From Octopus bimaculoides (Eukaryota): a stretch of DNA of 64,000 nucleotides. A model generated the notes under the pieces. The model did no database searches and had not been told where the DNA came from. It worked only from the letters and a program-made list of their open reading frames with translations. The position numbers and the translations under genes are program-made. Location: positions 118,984,285 to 119,048,284 of the forward strand of contig NC_068984.1 in NCBI RefSeq assembly GCF_001194135.2, given 5' to 3'. Below are positions 26,007 to 40,141 of the stretch, piece after piece (the stretch's first letter is position 1; each line of letters starts with the position of its first letter).

Positions 26007-29000
26007 NNNNNNNNNNNNNNNNNNNNNNNNNNNNNNNNNNNNNNNNNNNNNNNNNNNNNNNNNNNNNNNNNNNNNNNNNNNNNNNNNNNNNNNNNNNNNN
26101 NNNNNNNNNNNNNNNNNNNNNNNNNNNNNNNNNNNNNNNNNNNNNNNNNNNNNNNNNNNNNNNNNNNNNNNNNNNNNNNNNNNNNNNNNNNNNNNNNNNN
26201 NNNNNNNNNNNNNNNNNNNNNNNNNNNNNNNNNNNNNNNNNNNNNNNNNNNNNNNNNNNNNNNNNNNNNNNNNNNNNNNNNNNNNNNNNNNNNNNNNNNN
26301 NNNNNNNNNNNNNNNNNNNNNNNNNNNNNNNNNNNNNNNNNNNNNNNNNNNNNNNNNNNNNNNNNNNNNNNNNNNNNNNNNNNNNNNNNNNNNNNNNNNN
26401 NNNNNNNNNNNNNNNNNNNNNNNNNNNNNNNNNNNNNNNNNNNNNNNNNNNNNNNNNNNNNNNNNNNNNNNNNNNNNNNNNNNNNNNNNNNNNNNNNNNN
26501 NNNNNNNNNNNNNNNNNNNNNNNNNNNNNNNNNNNNNNNNNNNNNNNNNNNNNNNNNNNNNNNNNNNNNNNNNNNNNNNNNNNNNNNNNNNNNNNNNNNN
26601 NNNNNNNNNNNNNNNNNNNNNNNNNNNNNNNNNNNNNNNNNNNNNNNNNNNNNNNNNNNNNNNNNNNNNNNNNNNNNNNNNNNNNNNNNNNNNNNNNNNN
26701 NNNNNNNNNNNNNNNNNNNNNNNNNNNNNNNNNNNNNNNNNNNNNNNNNNNNNNNNNNNNNNNNNNNNNNNNNNNNNNNNNNNNNNNNNNNNNNNNNNNN
26801 NNNNNNNNNNNNNNNNNNNNNNNNNNNNNNNNNNNNNNNNNNNNNNNNNNNNNNNNNNNNNNNNNNNNNNNNNNNNNNNNNNNNNNNNNNNNNNNNNNNN
26901 NNNNNNNNNNNNNNNNNNNNNNNNNNNNNNNNNNNNNNNNNNNNNNNNNCTATCGGTCTCTTTTGCCGAACCGCTAAGTTACGGGGACGTAAACACACCA
27001 CCATCGGTTGTCAAGCGATGTTGGGGGGACAAACACAGACACACAAACATATACACACAAATACACATATATATACATATATACGATAGGCTTCTTTCAG
27101 TTTCCGTCTACCAAATCCACTCACAAGGCTTTGGTCGGCCCGAGGCTATAGTAGAAGGCACTTGCCCAAGATGCCACGCAGTGGGAATGAACCCGGAACC
27201 ATGCGGTTGGTAAGCAAGCTACTTACCACACAGCCACTCCTGCGCCTATGTATACCTTCTAACAAAATTACAGGGTCACCTTAGCATATGTATGTATGTA
27301 TGTATGTATGTATGTTTGTATGTATGTACGTATATATGTATGTATGTATGTGTGTATGTATGTATGTGTGTATATATGTATGTATGTATGCATGTGTGTA
27401 TGTATGTGTGCATGTATGTGTGTATGTATGTATGTATTTCATAGGTGTTCTTTCTAAGCAAATGCTTTGATCTGAGACAGTGGGTTGAAATTAAAATGAT
27501 TGCAGCATGGAAGACACATTCTAGCCATTCAGAAACACACAAAAACTGTTAATTTCACTGAAATATTTATCATCTGTTACATGATATCAAAATTCTCGCA
27601 GTGCAAACTGTGACCTGGTCACTAACAAGAACACACACATTAATACATTTGTGTATGTGTGTGTATCCATACACATACACACATATGTGAAGGAGTATGT
27701 GTGTGTGTGTGCACGTGCATATGCATGCGGGCATGCACACACACACACTCTTCCTACATATTAGTTTATTTTAGCTGAACAGAAAGTGAAACCCTACAAT
27801 TTAGAGGACAGGATATAAGAAGTGTAGGATGTTTGGGATGGCTAAAATACATAGGAAGAGATATTGCAATACAGACAATAGAGTATGTACTTAGGGGTGT
27901 GTTTTTGAATATCAAATTGCATGACATGGATACATTATGCCAAGTATTTTTAAAGGAGCAATCATTAGATGAATGTTCAGTCATATCAGATGTCTTTTGA
28001 AGGATTGGTTTTTGGCAATCATTTTTTGAGAGATTTGTGTCTCTAAATCACAAACATAAAAGCAAACTTTTTATAGAATTCTGTTTAAAAATCAAGAGTT
28101 TTAAGACCCCAGTTTCATTAGAATTGTAATAAAAAAAAATTAAAATAAATTGTGATCTTTATCACAGGTTAAATATTTTTGATGGGCACATTTAATCCTC
28201 AAATTTCTTCCAAATAAACAGGTGTTATGTTGAAAAGAACATGCAACATGCACACCAGCCCATCATCAAAGAAAGTTCTAGGAGTAAACTACAAAGAAAG
28301 CAATTCCATGAAAGCCAGTAGTTATTTAAAGACACCTTTCAAAGATCCCTAGGATAAATAAAAGCCAAAAACTAAAATTCATTACTGCAGGGTAGCTTAG
28401 GCTAAGAAGATACAAAGTCGAAATACCAGATGTCCCAAAGTTCCCTTACATTAAATAGTGTTATGAACACTCATTCATCTGAAAGTTGTTGCTCTCCAGT
28501 GACAATGTACAAAAGCAAATAACATAGTCATGTTTGAATATGCCAGAACATAAAAATGAACGTGTCCTCATTCTGATTCTTACTGTTCATTGTGCACATG
28601 ACAATTTATTATTCCTACCATTGTTTGCCATTGCTACAGACCAAATCAAATGGTACTTGTTCGGTCCATACACAAAGATTCCAAGTTATCTGAAGCCAGC
28701 AATACAGCAGCAGAGAGGGCCAAGAAGTGGTTTGCAAAACACTCCTGAACCCAAATTCTTCTGTCAGCATACTTGGCATATGTGGATGGATGTTTTCAGT
28801 CATCTATCTGTGCACCCACACTACTGACATTTACCTCTGTAGAATAGAAGGTAGTCATTGTTGAGTCAGCTGATAAACAGAAATATATGTTTACATGTAC
28901 AGTCAGCACAGTATTCAAAGTATAGTAATATATATATATCACTTTTTTTTTTTTTTTTAGAAATTAGAGCCAGCACTGACATTTATGTTTTGTATACGAA

Positions 29001-31621
29001 TGTCAATGTAAACAATGTGATCAAATACACAAGAATGGGTAATGGGTATATAAGCATATTTCAAGAGTTCCTGCTTCTTCTTCAGAATTACATACAACCT
29101 GTCAACCATCCATGAACACTTTGCTTAAATGGTCACTAAATAACACAAGTGGATATACCAATTTTAAACCAATTCCTGGCAATTGATATGTACACATTAA
29201 TTTTTGGTAGGGACACTGTATTTCATTATGCAACCATGGAAGATACAAACAGAAAAAAATCGTAACATAACCTACAGGATTCAAACACTATCTTTTGTGA
29301 ACCATATAGCTGTGCTTACTACAAAGTACCATTACAACCCTGACCACTTAAACTAGTAGACTTATATTAAGTAGCTTCAATGACACTAACCACAAGTCAA
29401 CAGAGATCCCAGTCTTACACAGTATATTCAAGTTATACTCCTTTTTTTTTTACTTGTTTCAGTCATTTGACTGTGGCCATGCTGGAGCACCGCCTTTAGT
29501 CGAGCAAATCGACCCCAGGACTTATTCTTTGGAAGCCTAGTACTTATTCTATCGGTCTCNNNNNNNNNNACACATACATATATATATATACATATACACG
29601 ACGGGCTTCTTTCAGTTTCTGTCTACCAAATACACTCACAAGGCTTTGGTCAGCCCAAAGCTATAGTAGAAGACACTTGCCCAAGGTGCCAAGTAGTGGA
29701 ACTGAACCCGGAACCATGTGGCTGGTAAGCAAGCTATTTACCACACAGCCACTCCTACGCCTATATTACACATAATCTAATACCAAAGATTATTCTATAT
29801 TATTATATTCTCTTCACAGCCTAATTTCCCCACATCTAACGTAATGGAAATACCTAATTTTATTACTTGAATATTTTGATGCCTAAATTCTTTTTTCACT
29901 AACTTTTATTAGTCTAAAAACACTAACGAAGAATCAATTGCAATTTTCATTAAACAAGAGATTGATAACACATTCCTTCTATTTTATGAAAAGATAAATG
30001 GTAGCTTTAGAACTCTTTCACAAGAACTTATTAGCACAAGTACATAGGTTTTCATACTGCTCAGAAATACTTGGCTTCTGAACAATAATTAAATGTAACC
30101 ACTTACTTGAAAAATGGATATGGGTTAATGACAGGAAGTGAATCCAGCCATTAAAATCCTGAATTGAATTTATGCCCATCTAAGCCATACTAGCATGAAA
30201 AACAAACATTTAACAAAATGAATGAATGAACCACACAACTATGTCAGCATTCACTTTGCAACAATGTGGTTCTAGATTCAATCCTGCAATGTAACAACTT
30301 TATGTGTCTTCTTGACCAAACCTTGCAAGTAGAACTTGGTAAATGGAAACTGTATAGAAGCCTGTTTGTGTAATGTGCTAAAAAAAATAGAGATTAGTAA
30401 AATAAGAACAAAACTGAAATAAGAACTAGGATCAGTATGAGAGGGTGAGAACTTCAAAAATTGTGCTCTGGTATGGCCACAATCCAATAAATTAAACTAG
30501 TAAAGAATTAAACTGATGGCTTAGAGCAAACTTCAAAAATTGTGTTCCAGTATGACCACAATCCAATAAATGAAACTAGTAAAGAATAAAACTGACGGCT
30601 TAGAGCAGCTGTTTCTTCACATCACATCACGCACCATAAAAGAAAATAGTCATGGAATAACTTGCTCATATTCAATGACCCTCAACATGGAAGAATTTAT
30701 TGTATGTAGTACTTCTTTGCAGTAATATTCCTGACCTGTTGCACTAATTTCTACCATCCAACCTGTTTTTGTATACCTAGAGGTTATTATAGTGGTGGAT
30801 ACAGCAAAGAGAGGCATGAAGGATGTGATCACTTGAAGCATAAGTCGTTCTTCTGCACTCATCTTTCAATAGTATGTATCCCAGATGTGTTTAGGAAGGT
30901 TAGCAGGGTTATTGATGATGCTATTGTTGGTGTGTGTGTTTGTCAGGGCTGTGTAGAGGGGGAATGTCGTTAGGAAGCTATTAGAATAGTGTCCTGGAGA
31001 GGCAGCTGATTCAGGAAATGATTGTAGAGTGACAGAGATTGGCACTTGCTACAGTAATAAACTGTATCCAACATATATTGATAGTTGTATTTCAAGTAGG
31101 ATGGTTTTAATAGAATTAATTTTTTATCAGCAGATGAAAGAATCTTCCATTCTTGTGCATTTATTAATACTTCTTCAAATAGGTTTCAAGTCATCTAATA
31201 TATTTATGTAAATACAAATATAAATTTCTTTGTACCGTACTCATTGACCATTATCCCTTTTGATACCAACCAGCTTGTGACTGTCCTTGGGTCTACAGTA
31301 CAAACTTGGAGTTTTAAAGAGATCGAAATTAAAATTTTCTTTTAATCTATGGCCCAAACACCAGTTAATAATTACAAAGTTATTTTAATAAATTCTTCGT
31401 TATTTTCAAAATTAATAGAAGCAAAATCAGTTTATTTTTATAGAAATATGGCAACAAAAGTGTTAAAGTGCATAACACAAATTAATCTAAGTCAAATAGC
31501 CTATGCAACTAAATGATTCATCTGAAGTTAAATACGTCTTCCCCATCATTTTAACCTGTTACACCTGCCAAACAATAACAAATGAAGTATCTGACTTTAA
31601 TTTTCGTTTTTTGTTTTTTTT

Positions 31622-32232
31622 TGGACCCGGCAAGCCAAGTGAGACCAAAATCCAAGGCCTCTGCCAGGGATATAGCCAGCCAACTCACGCGTAACATTCC
31701 TTCGTTGGACACTAAACTCGGCTTACGAAGACCTGTCGGGGCAAGTGAAAGCGAAATCGTGATGGCACCTGTACCAGTAGATCACAAAGAGCACCGTCCG
31801 AGCGTGATCGTTGCCAGAGCACCAGCTGTCTGGCTTCCGTGCCAGTGGCACGTAAATAGCACCATTTGAGCGTGATCGTTACCAACGTCGCCTTCCTGGC
31901 ACTTGGGNNNNNNNNNNNNNNNNNNNACGTGAAAAGACATTCGAGTGAGTTCGTTGCCAGTACCGCTGGACTGGCTCCTGTGCAGGTGGCACGTAAAATA
32001 CACCATTTCGAGCATGGCCGTTGCCAGTACCTCCTGACTGGCCTTTGTGCCGGTGGCACATAAAAGCACCCACTACACTCTCGGAGTGGTTGGCGTTAGG
32101 AAGGACATCCAGCTGTAGAAACTCTGCCAAATCAGATTGGAACCTGGTGTAGCCATCTGGTTCGCCAGTCCTCAGTAAAATCGTCCAACCCATGCTAGCA
32201 TGGAAAGCAGACGTTAAACGATGATGATGATG
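31622..32232 (+). mobile_element. 5'-truncated RTE-clade LINE: ORF end (TRQAK*) plus 3'UTR with ~62-bp tandem units (shorter 3' ends at ~8560-8770, 9765-9955, 12470-12660, 56650-56830)
   Basis: ACCCGGCAAGCCAAGTGA, then repeated GAGCGTGATCGTTGCCAG...GGCACGTAAA units, ending GTTAAACGATGATGATGA. Confidence 0.75.
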
Positions 32233-32374
32233 TTTCTTTGCTAAATATGTAAAATTATCCAAGTGTTTCCTCAGAAGAAAAAAGAAAAGACCAATAACAT
32301 TAAGCAAGAAAGAATATATTAAATCTTTAATATATCAAACCAATATTTAAAAACAAAAGGAAAAATAAATGACA

Positions 32375-32921
32375 AGAGCTTAATTGTAATAGCATTTATT
32401 TCAGGTCAATGGTACAGCTATAATGCAAAAGCTTCAAAAGAAACATGGTCATGCTGTTTGATATGAGAGTTTTTATGTCTATTTAGGAACAAACCCATAC
32501 CTAAACCAACAGACATCTACATGTGATGACCAAACACACCTACAAAACAGCCAAACACCATTCAAGAAACCCTAAATTCAGCTATTAAAAATGAGCCCCA
32601 TCCTCTCTGCTTTATGAACTGTCAGTAAATCCAAATCAGTATTATAATATAAGATATAATAGATTGTCATATATGAGTTATGTATGGTTTCAGTTTAGAA
32701 TCAAAATGTACAAACGTTAATAATAGAAAAATAATTGCCTAAATAATGTGTAAGTTACATTAATTAAGTTGTTAACATTTACAAAATTAGAAATACAAAA
32801 AAATAATAATTAGCTGGCATATTAATTGTTAAAAATTGAATCAACAAACAAAATAATTCATTTGGTGACTGGTATTTAATTTATAGGATGGTGCTTGTTT
32901 TGTGTGTAGAGTACATATGTA

Positions 32922-32977
<56 letters not shown>

Positions 32978-35234
32978 CATTTATAATCTTTAGACAGTGA
33001 AAAGAAAGAAAAACAAATGGACAACAAAAGGCTTTTAATTATACTTTATCTCTGGATGGAAATTTTTTCTGTAATTTTATTGTTATCCATAAGTGATTAT
33101 ACAAACTGAAGTGGTTTAATATAGCAGAAGACCTGAGCACAAAATTAAATACATAAAATGTGCAATAATTAATTAGTGGGTTACTAAGCACAATTCTGGA
33201 AAAAGTTTTTTTTTTCCTTTTTACAAAATAGGTTAGAGACTGATAGCAAGTTAATTATCGACAGAACTACAACATTAACTGGATAGGGAAGCTGGCCCCA
33301 ACAGTTAACAGAAAAACTGGCCAAGCTAATGGAAATGTTACAAGTTATTGGAAAACATTAAAGCTGCTTAAATGTGGTTTTTAGCAAGATAACTAATAGA
33401 TTATACGGATAATATAACATGTGGAAATATAAAAAGATCATCCAGCTCAGGTGTACATAGCAGAAAAATTTGGCACTCCAAAAAAAGGAAACCAGTTTTC
33501 CACAACGTTAGAACTTGAGATAAAGTATCATTAACAATCTAATACTTAGCTTGATAAACCAAAAAAAAAAAAAAGAAAAAAAAATTAAAAGGGGAAAATT
33601 TACCATATTGCCAAGTAATTTCTTAATTTGTCTGTTATACTTCCCTATTTTTTTTTTCCTGAAATATTTTCACTGTTTTGTTTGTTTTCATTTAGGCACA
33701 GGATATATTGAAAATAAAATACAAAGAAATAAAAAAGAAATATCCTGAAAACTAGTTGCTAAGGAAACTGAAAATTCCTTACCTGAACCTTTAATTAGAG
33801 AAAATATTGATGTAATCATCATTTGAAATTAATCTATGTGATCAATAATGAAGCTGCCACAAGTTAGTTTCTTCACAGAAATTACATAAGTTTTTGTGTC
33901 TAACTCAATGTAAAACAGATTGAAGATTTTAATTTAAATGATAAATAAGATTACAGATTGAAAGTATAAAAAAAAAACATGAAAACTGATATTTTAAAGG
34001 GACTTTATTCAATCATTAAAAAAAAGAGAGGGAGAGAGAGAGAGAATGAAGAAATGAAAGAACTATGCAGTAGAGAAATGTCTTTATTTTAATACATTAA
34101 AACTACTATTCAGGTTTTAAACCCATCTAATTGAAATTGTTCAGCTATACATATTAAGGGAGAATTAGTTGTTACTTGCTAATTAATACTTATGTAATTG
34201 ATTTGAAAGCTGAAATAACGTTGCACTCAGGATACAAAATTCAAACCTTGATAGGAGTAATATCATTTTTAATATAACTAAATCAAAAAATATAAATCTT
34301 ATTATTTGAAAGAAGAATGTAGAGTCAACTGAAGTAATTAAAGCAACATCTAATAGTTTTTGGGTTGTTGTTTTTTTTTTTTTTTTCTTTGAATAAAGAC
34401 AAGAATTTTTGATGGAATATAATAAAGAGCAATAATATTAAATTCACCACAAGAGTTTATATTAGATTCTAGAACCCACAACAAACAAGATTTTTAACAG
34501 CAGCTGTCAAATGGATATGGTAATTTTAATTTAAAATAATATTTGATCAGACTACTGAACTGGTTTTAATATGGGCAAGTTAGATGAATAGAGTTAAATT
34601 AATATTTATAATTTTGTATTTTTTTTTTTCAAAAGAGGGTGGGGAGAAAGGAAAATTATCTTGGCATTTACTATTTATCTCTGAAGGAAGGATGGGAAAA
34701 AGAAAGAAATCGAACTGGTTAGGTAAAATTAGAATTATTTCCCCATGTTCACAGCAATTGCTTAAATTTGTCATTGTAATGAATAATAAAAGTAATTGTA
34801 ATCTTATCTTTAAAATTACTCAAATGATAAGAGGGACAGGAGACAGAACACAAGAACATGCTCTGAATAAGTAAAAAGCCAATAGGAGGAAGGCTGATAA
34901 TATTGGGAAATATAACTTCGTTAATGTCTTTGAATTCGAACAAAGGGGATTTTTTTTGAAATTTTTGTTGTTTTTGTTTTTTACATATTTTTGTTACATT
35001 TTTTTTAAAGAACACCACCCCCGCCCATCCTAACAAACAATATTAATATCTCTTCATATCAGTTTATCCACACGATTGAGGGTTCCTGTTGCCTAAGCTG
35101 GTAAAATTTGCACATAAGGTTGCTTTTTCTCTTTCAGTGGGCATGAATAGCAATGGTATCATTGTAATAGTATTTGTCAGCACCACCATGTTGAGGAGCC
35201 ACTGGATATAAGTTGAGATCAGTCACAGCTGTGG
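32375..35234 (-). other. VAPA/VAPB: Probable VAP 3'UTR (~2.9 kb)
   Basis: U-rich (minus strand) stretch with no recognisable TE, running from the stop codon to a poly(A) signal. The end position is inferred. Confidence 0.55.
32395..32400 (-). terminator. Candidate polyadenylation signal AATAAA
   Basis: tttatt on + strand; about 30 nt further on the minus strand lies a U-rich downstream element (atttatttttccttttgttttt). A proximal AATAAA is at 34083-34088. Confidence 0.45.
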
Positions 35235-35420
35235 TTACAGCAGCAACTTGCCCAGAAAAAGCCCAAGTAGAAGAGCTGCGAGGAGATAAACAGCGGGATG
35301 AAGTGGGCCTCCTTGAAAGCTGGCTTGTACTGATGAAGATGATGGCTGGCTAGAGTTATAGCTTGGTGTGGAACTTAAAGTTTCTGTCATGGCAACCTTA
35401 CGCAGACGTACGCTTTCATC
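35235..35420 (-). CDS. VAPA/VAPB: VAP last coding exon: DESVRLRKVAM...PAVYLLAALLLGLFLGKLLL* (tail anchor)
   Basis: Acceptor ttctgttgcag, 186 nt ending in TAA. Has the VAP-like xRLRK motif and a C-terminal hydrophobic helix with GxxxG (GLFLG). Confidence 0.96.
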   Translation of the reverse strand, partial: DESVRLRKVAMTETLSSTPSYNSSQPSSSSVQASFQGGPLHPAVYLLAALLLGLFLGKLLL

Positions 35421-36068
35421 CTGCAACAGAATGCAAACATTTACTAAAATATACATTTGAAAAGAACATCAAAGAGAAAAACAGAATAATTGTGAGTATA
35501 TAACACAGCTATTTAAACAGAATTAAATTATATCGTTGTTGTTAGTTAATGAAACAATAGAGACAAATTTCTTTTTTCTATTTTTACTTTGTTTCTGAAT
35601 GAGAAGATTGTAAGAGAAGCTTTTTTGGAGTAAAACAGGAAATCTGGAAGAGTTCATTATAAAGCAAATACTTTCTTAATTTCTAAGTCAGTAATCTGAG
35701 GAAATATGTTGGTATAAAGGAGATTCTAATGTGAGACATGAACAGGAAGAAATTACACATTATTGGTGGAAGAGAGGTATATAGAGTGGAGTTGGCAAGA
35801 AACTGTAAAGCAAGTGCAGAGAATAGCTCGGAGTTGGGTTGGGATCAAGCCAATAAATACTGAAAAGCCAAAACCATCATAGTAGCAGTGATACTGATAG
35901 TTATAGTAGTGTTAACAAAAGAAAAATTCAGTTTGTCAGGATGCCAATGACTGTAGGCAAACACACACACACAAAGTGACATGTTTGAATTCAATATGGA
36001 AAAAATATTCTGTTACGTAGGGAAATTTTTTTTAGCCATCAAAGAATATATTTGTGTGTGCATGTGTA

Positions 36069-36117
<49 letters not shown>

Positions 36118-37098
36118 CTTCAGAAGCTTACAAGAAACCTTCAAAATTTTAGGAAAACTAATCTAACTCAAATCTCATGTGTATTTTCCCAATAACAAAG
36201 GAAATTTTATGTTGTCGAGAATTAAAAATTCAAACTAGTTATTCAGCAGTCCCCACAACCAAGAAAAAAAAACAAATGTTTCATATCCTGCAATATGAAA
36301 TATTTGAAACTAAATTGGAGTGAGGTAAATAAAACAATTTTGGATGAAATATTTAATGAAAATATCTCAGATTACTGTTACCCTCAAGTCCCATTGAGTT
36401 TCACATATTCTGGCAAGTTGCTCAACTCTAGATCAACACTGATTGAACCAACCTTTGATCAGAGAAATTCTTGCCGAGTCCTTCTAAGCCTGTGTCTCCC
36501 CACCCCACCTCCAAATGGTAGGGTGTGAATGAAGAGGAATTTGGCTGCTATTTTTAGCAGGTCAAACAACTGCACAGAAGTTCCCTCTTTGGTACTGGTA
36601 GTGTTCTATATAGTGTTACTTCAAAGCATTGACATATTCTTAGAATTACAAATAATTTTGTGTCAAAGGACATAATTTCACTCACTTTTGTTCTAAACAT
36701 TTTATAAATCATCAGTCATTGAATTATCATCTTTCACTGCATATGTATTTCTATTTACTCCCCACCCCCCTATCATCCCTACATTTAATATGCTGATTCT
36801 AACTTAACTATTGCTTCTCATACAGATGGTGTCTCTGAATAATTTGGGAGGGGGGGGGTTCCAAAAATTTGCTAATTTTCCATTTGTTCATTTTTACATC
36901 CATTTTCCCATGCTAGTATGAATTAGAAGAGTATATAATTAAGGCATTGTTTTATACCCAAATGACCTTTCTGTGTGCTAACACCTGTTTTTCAGGTAAG
37001 GAATGTCTTATTTCACTTGTTAGTTGCCTATTTCTTACAAAAATATTTATCACTCATCTTAGCTATTTCAAAGATAATAAATAAAGAAAAATACTTAC

Positions 37099-37197
37099 TC
37101 TCAGCTGATTATTTTCATCTTTAAGCTGATTCATTTCCATTATCAACCTTTTATTGCTTTCTGATGCTTTCTGCAATTCAGCTTCTACATTATTGAT
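37099..37197 (-). CDS. VAPA/VAPB: VAP coding exon 6 (coiled coil): INNVEAELQKASESNKRLIMEMNQLKDENNQLR
   Basis: Acceptor actttcttttcag, donor gtaagt, 99 nt, phase 0 to 0. Heptad pattern; lies inside ORF 37063..37284. Confidence 0.93.
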
Positions 37198-37440
37198 CTG
37201 AAAAGAAAGTTTCAAAAATGAAAAATGTAATATATATTTCATATATATATATATATATTTCTGCTGTTTTCCCCAATACACCATTCAATATATTAAACTA
37301 ACCTTCTACATTGTTAATTTAAAAAATGAAAAATAAAACTTTTGCCCAATAAAATTACTCTTTAGAGAATTGAAACAAACTCAGTTGATTTGTTCATAAA
37401 TGTAATTACATATTCTAGAAAAAGCTGCCAGATACTTTAA

Positions 37441-38519
37441 CCCTTTCGTTACTATATTTCTGGCCAAAATACACCCCTCATGAGTTTCAATTAAATTCTA
37501 AAATAATCATGAATTTAGACTAGTCTCATTAAACACCTGTAACTTTTTTATTTATCAACATATTAATGTGATATTTGTAACATAATTAAAGAAAGGGTTC
37601 TNNNNNNNNNNNNNNNNNNNNNNNNNNNNNNNNNNNNNNNNNNNNNNNNNNNNNNNNNNNNNNNNNNNNNNNNNNNNNNNNNNNNNNNNNNNNNNNNNNN
37701 NNNNNNNNNNNNNNNNNNNNNNNNNNNNNNNNNNNNNNNNNNNNNNNNNNNNNNNNNNNNNNNNNNNNNNNNNNNNNNNNNNNNNNNNNNNNNNNNNNNN
37801 NNNNNNNNNNNNNNNNNNNNNNNNNNNNNNNNNNNNNNNNNNNNNNNNNNNNNNNNNNNNNNNNNNNNNNNNNNNNNNNNNNNNNNNNNNNNNNNNNNNN
37901 NNNNNNNNNNNNNNNNNNNNNNNNNNNNNNNNNNNNNNNNNNNNNNNNNNNNNNNNNNNNNNNNNNNNNNNNNNNNNNNNNNNNNNNNNNNNNNNNNNNN
38001 NNNNNNNNNNNNNNNNNNNNNNNNNNNNNNNNNNNNNNNNNNNNNNNNNNNNNNNNNNNNNNNNNNNNNNNNNNNNNNNNNNNNNNNNNNNNNNNNNNNN
38101 NNNNNNNNNNNNNNNNNNNNNNNNNNNNNNNNNNNNNNNNNNNNNNNNNNNNNNNNNNNNNNNNNNNNNNNNNNNNNNNNNNNNNNNNNNNNNNNNNNNN
38201 NNNNNNNNNNNNNNNNNNNNNNNNNNNNNNNNNNNNNNNNNNNNNNNNNNNNNNNNNNNNNNNNNNNNNNNNNNNNNNNNNNNNNNNCAAAAAATGTGGA
38301 AAAAAATCTTCCAAAATTCACTGAGTTCAAATATCACGCCAAATAATGTCAGAGACAATAACTCAACTGTTTGCAAAGTGAAATCAGGTGTTTGAACGAA
38401 TGTACTAACGAAGTTTGGGTTCAAATATACATTTAAATAACAATGGGTACGCTCGGCCGGCTAGTCTTATGAACCAAAAAAATTTTCGCCCAGCTACGGC
38501 CGGGTTAGTAACGAAAGGG
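37441..38519. mobile_element. piggyBac-type non-autonomous element in VAP intron 5 (interior mostly gap)
   Basis: TTAA TSDs at 37437-37440 and 38520-38523; perfect 14-bp TIRs CCCTTTCGTTACTA. Confidence 0.9.
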
Positions 38520-38826
38520 TTAAACAACATCAACTGGCTATCCAACCACAGATGTTGAACCTCGTGTGTAATTGAAACTGCTTAATAACCTGAAATTTCT
38601 TGATTTGAATAACAAAAGAATTACCAATTATCATTGATTTTGTTGGAAATTTTTACTTTCAAGCCTTCTAATTGTGCCACCTAATAATAGTTATCAATAA
38701 GAAAATGTTAATCATGACAAATCTATATTTCAAACTAATTTTGTGGCACTCTAGCATGGCCACAGCTAAAATCCACAAAAATTGTTGTGTGCTTGCCATT
38801 CCTAAGATGACCAACAGCAAATTAAA

Positions 38827-38990
38827 CCCTTTAGCATTTAAACTGGTCATATCCAGCCTAACATACCTACCCTACAATGTCATTCTAAAAACAAGCAATC
38901 CCATTGAAATCTCAAAGCTATGAGATAATACCTGACTAATTCAAAATAAAGTGAATAAATAAGAATTACATTTGATAGTAATGCTGAATG
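38827..38990 (-). mobile_element. piggyBac-type MITE copy 1 (CCCTTTAGCATT terminus)
   Basis: Its reverse complement aligns with 41184-41401. Confidence 0.75.
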
Positions 38991-40141
38991 ATTATGCTAA
39001 AATTAACATAGTAACATTACTTTTCAGGTTCATAAGAATTTCAGTAAATCTACTCCTTGTTCCATAAAACCTGGTTCATTTACCATCTTCATTGTCATCA
39101 AATCAGTGTAAATTCACAGAGTTCAGACTTCAGCAACTTCTATTAAAAAAAATAAATTTTCTACCACACTACTGCATTTTCAACAAGCATGTCCTTTCAA
39201 TATCATTGAAATATTTGGATGCATTTCAAGAACAGATTAGGTCAACACGATATACTTAATTCTATATTAAAAAAATTCTAATTTTGCTCTAAAACAATTT
39301 GGAGCTTATAACTCCTAGAGAGAGGTATGACATTGTTTTAAAGCACGTTTAGAAATACTTTCATATAGAAAAATGAGTCTGTAGAATACGAAGTAGAACA
39401 GCACATGGTGAGTGTGCTGGAGCAAACCCATACAACCCACACTGGATATGGAAAAATAGGGGTAAAGCAATACTCTCTGCAGCAGGTAACAATTTCCTCA
39501 AACTATACACTTAATCTATGGACTTTCATAAAAATTGTAACTTAATTTGACGGTCCTAAAACAATTTGTCCTAAATAATTTGACAGTCTTAAAACACATT
39601 CATATTTTTTTTAAAAATTAGAATTAAAACATATCTACAATTATGATTTTAAAAGATGGAGATGGAAAACATTTTATTTTTATCACTGCATTTTGTTAAA
39701 TAATTGTTATCAAAGATACGAGTTAAATTTGGCCCAGTAACTTTAGTGAGGTAGAAAATGAATAAGTAATATAAATATTGGATTATCTAAGCAAAAAGCT
39801 TTTGAGGATTATGTCAGTACAAAGTGTAGTTAAGTTTTATCATCGTTCGTTATATAAGCCATACGTATAAATGGGAATAAACTATCCTGCTCTATTTATA
39901 TGCACAAGCATTAAAATTACTCCCTTGGTTCCTGCCATTATCACCAACATGATGATCTTACAACTGTTATGTAAACAATTATAAAATCATAATGTAGCAT
40001 ATTTAGAAAAGAAGAATCTTGTAAATCAGGTTAAACAATAACAGAGCTGAAATAAAATATTATATGTAAACATTTAGTAAGAAAGGGAAAAAAATTATTT
40101 CACTAGTTGTTCATTTTCTCTCGAGTAACTCATTGACCTAC

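Noticed and set aside
28534-28827. Coding exon in the repeat-poor 28-29.4 kb region
   Set aside because: Short ORFs on both strands with no recognisable domain and no consistent splice frame.
15212-38424. Long ORFs of 230-435 aa in the track
   Set aside because: They are open only because they span N gaps or dinucleotide repeats (HT/CV/YI runs).
39070-39140. Cassette exon in VAP intron 5 (ttttttaatag...gtaaat)
   Set aside because: Stops in all three frames and nothing else supporting it.
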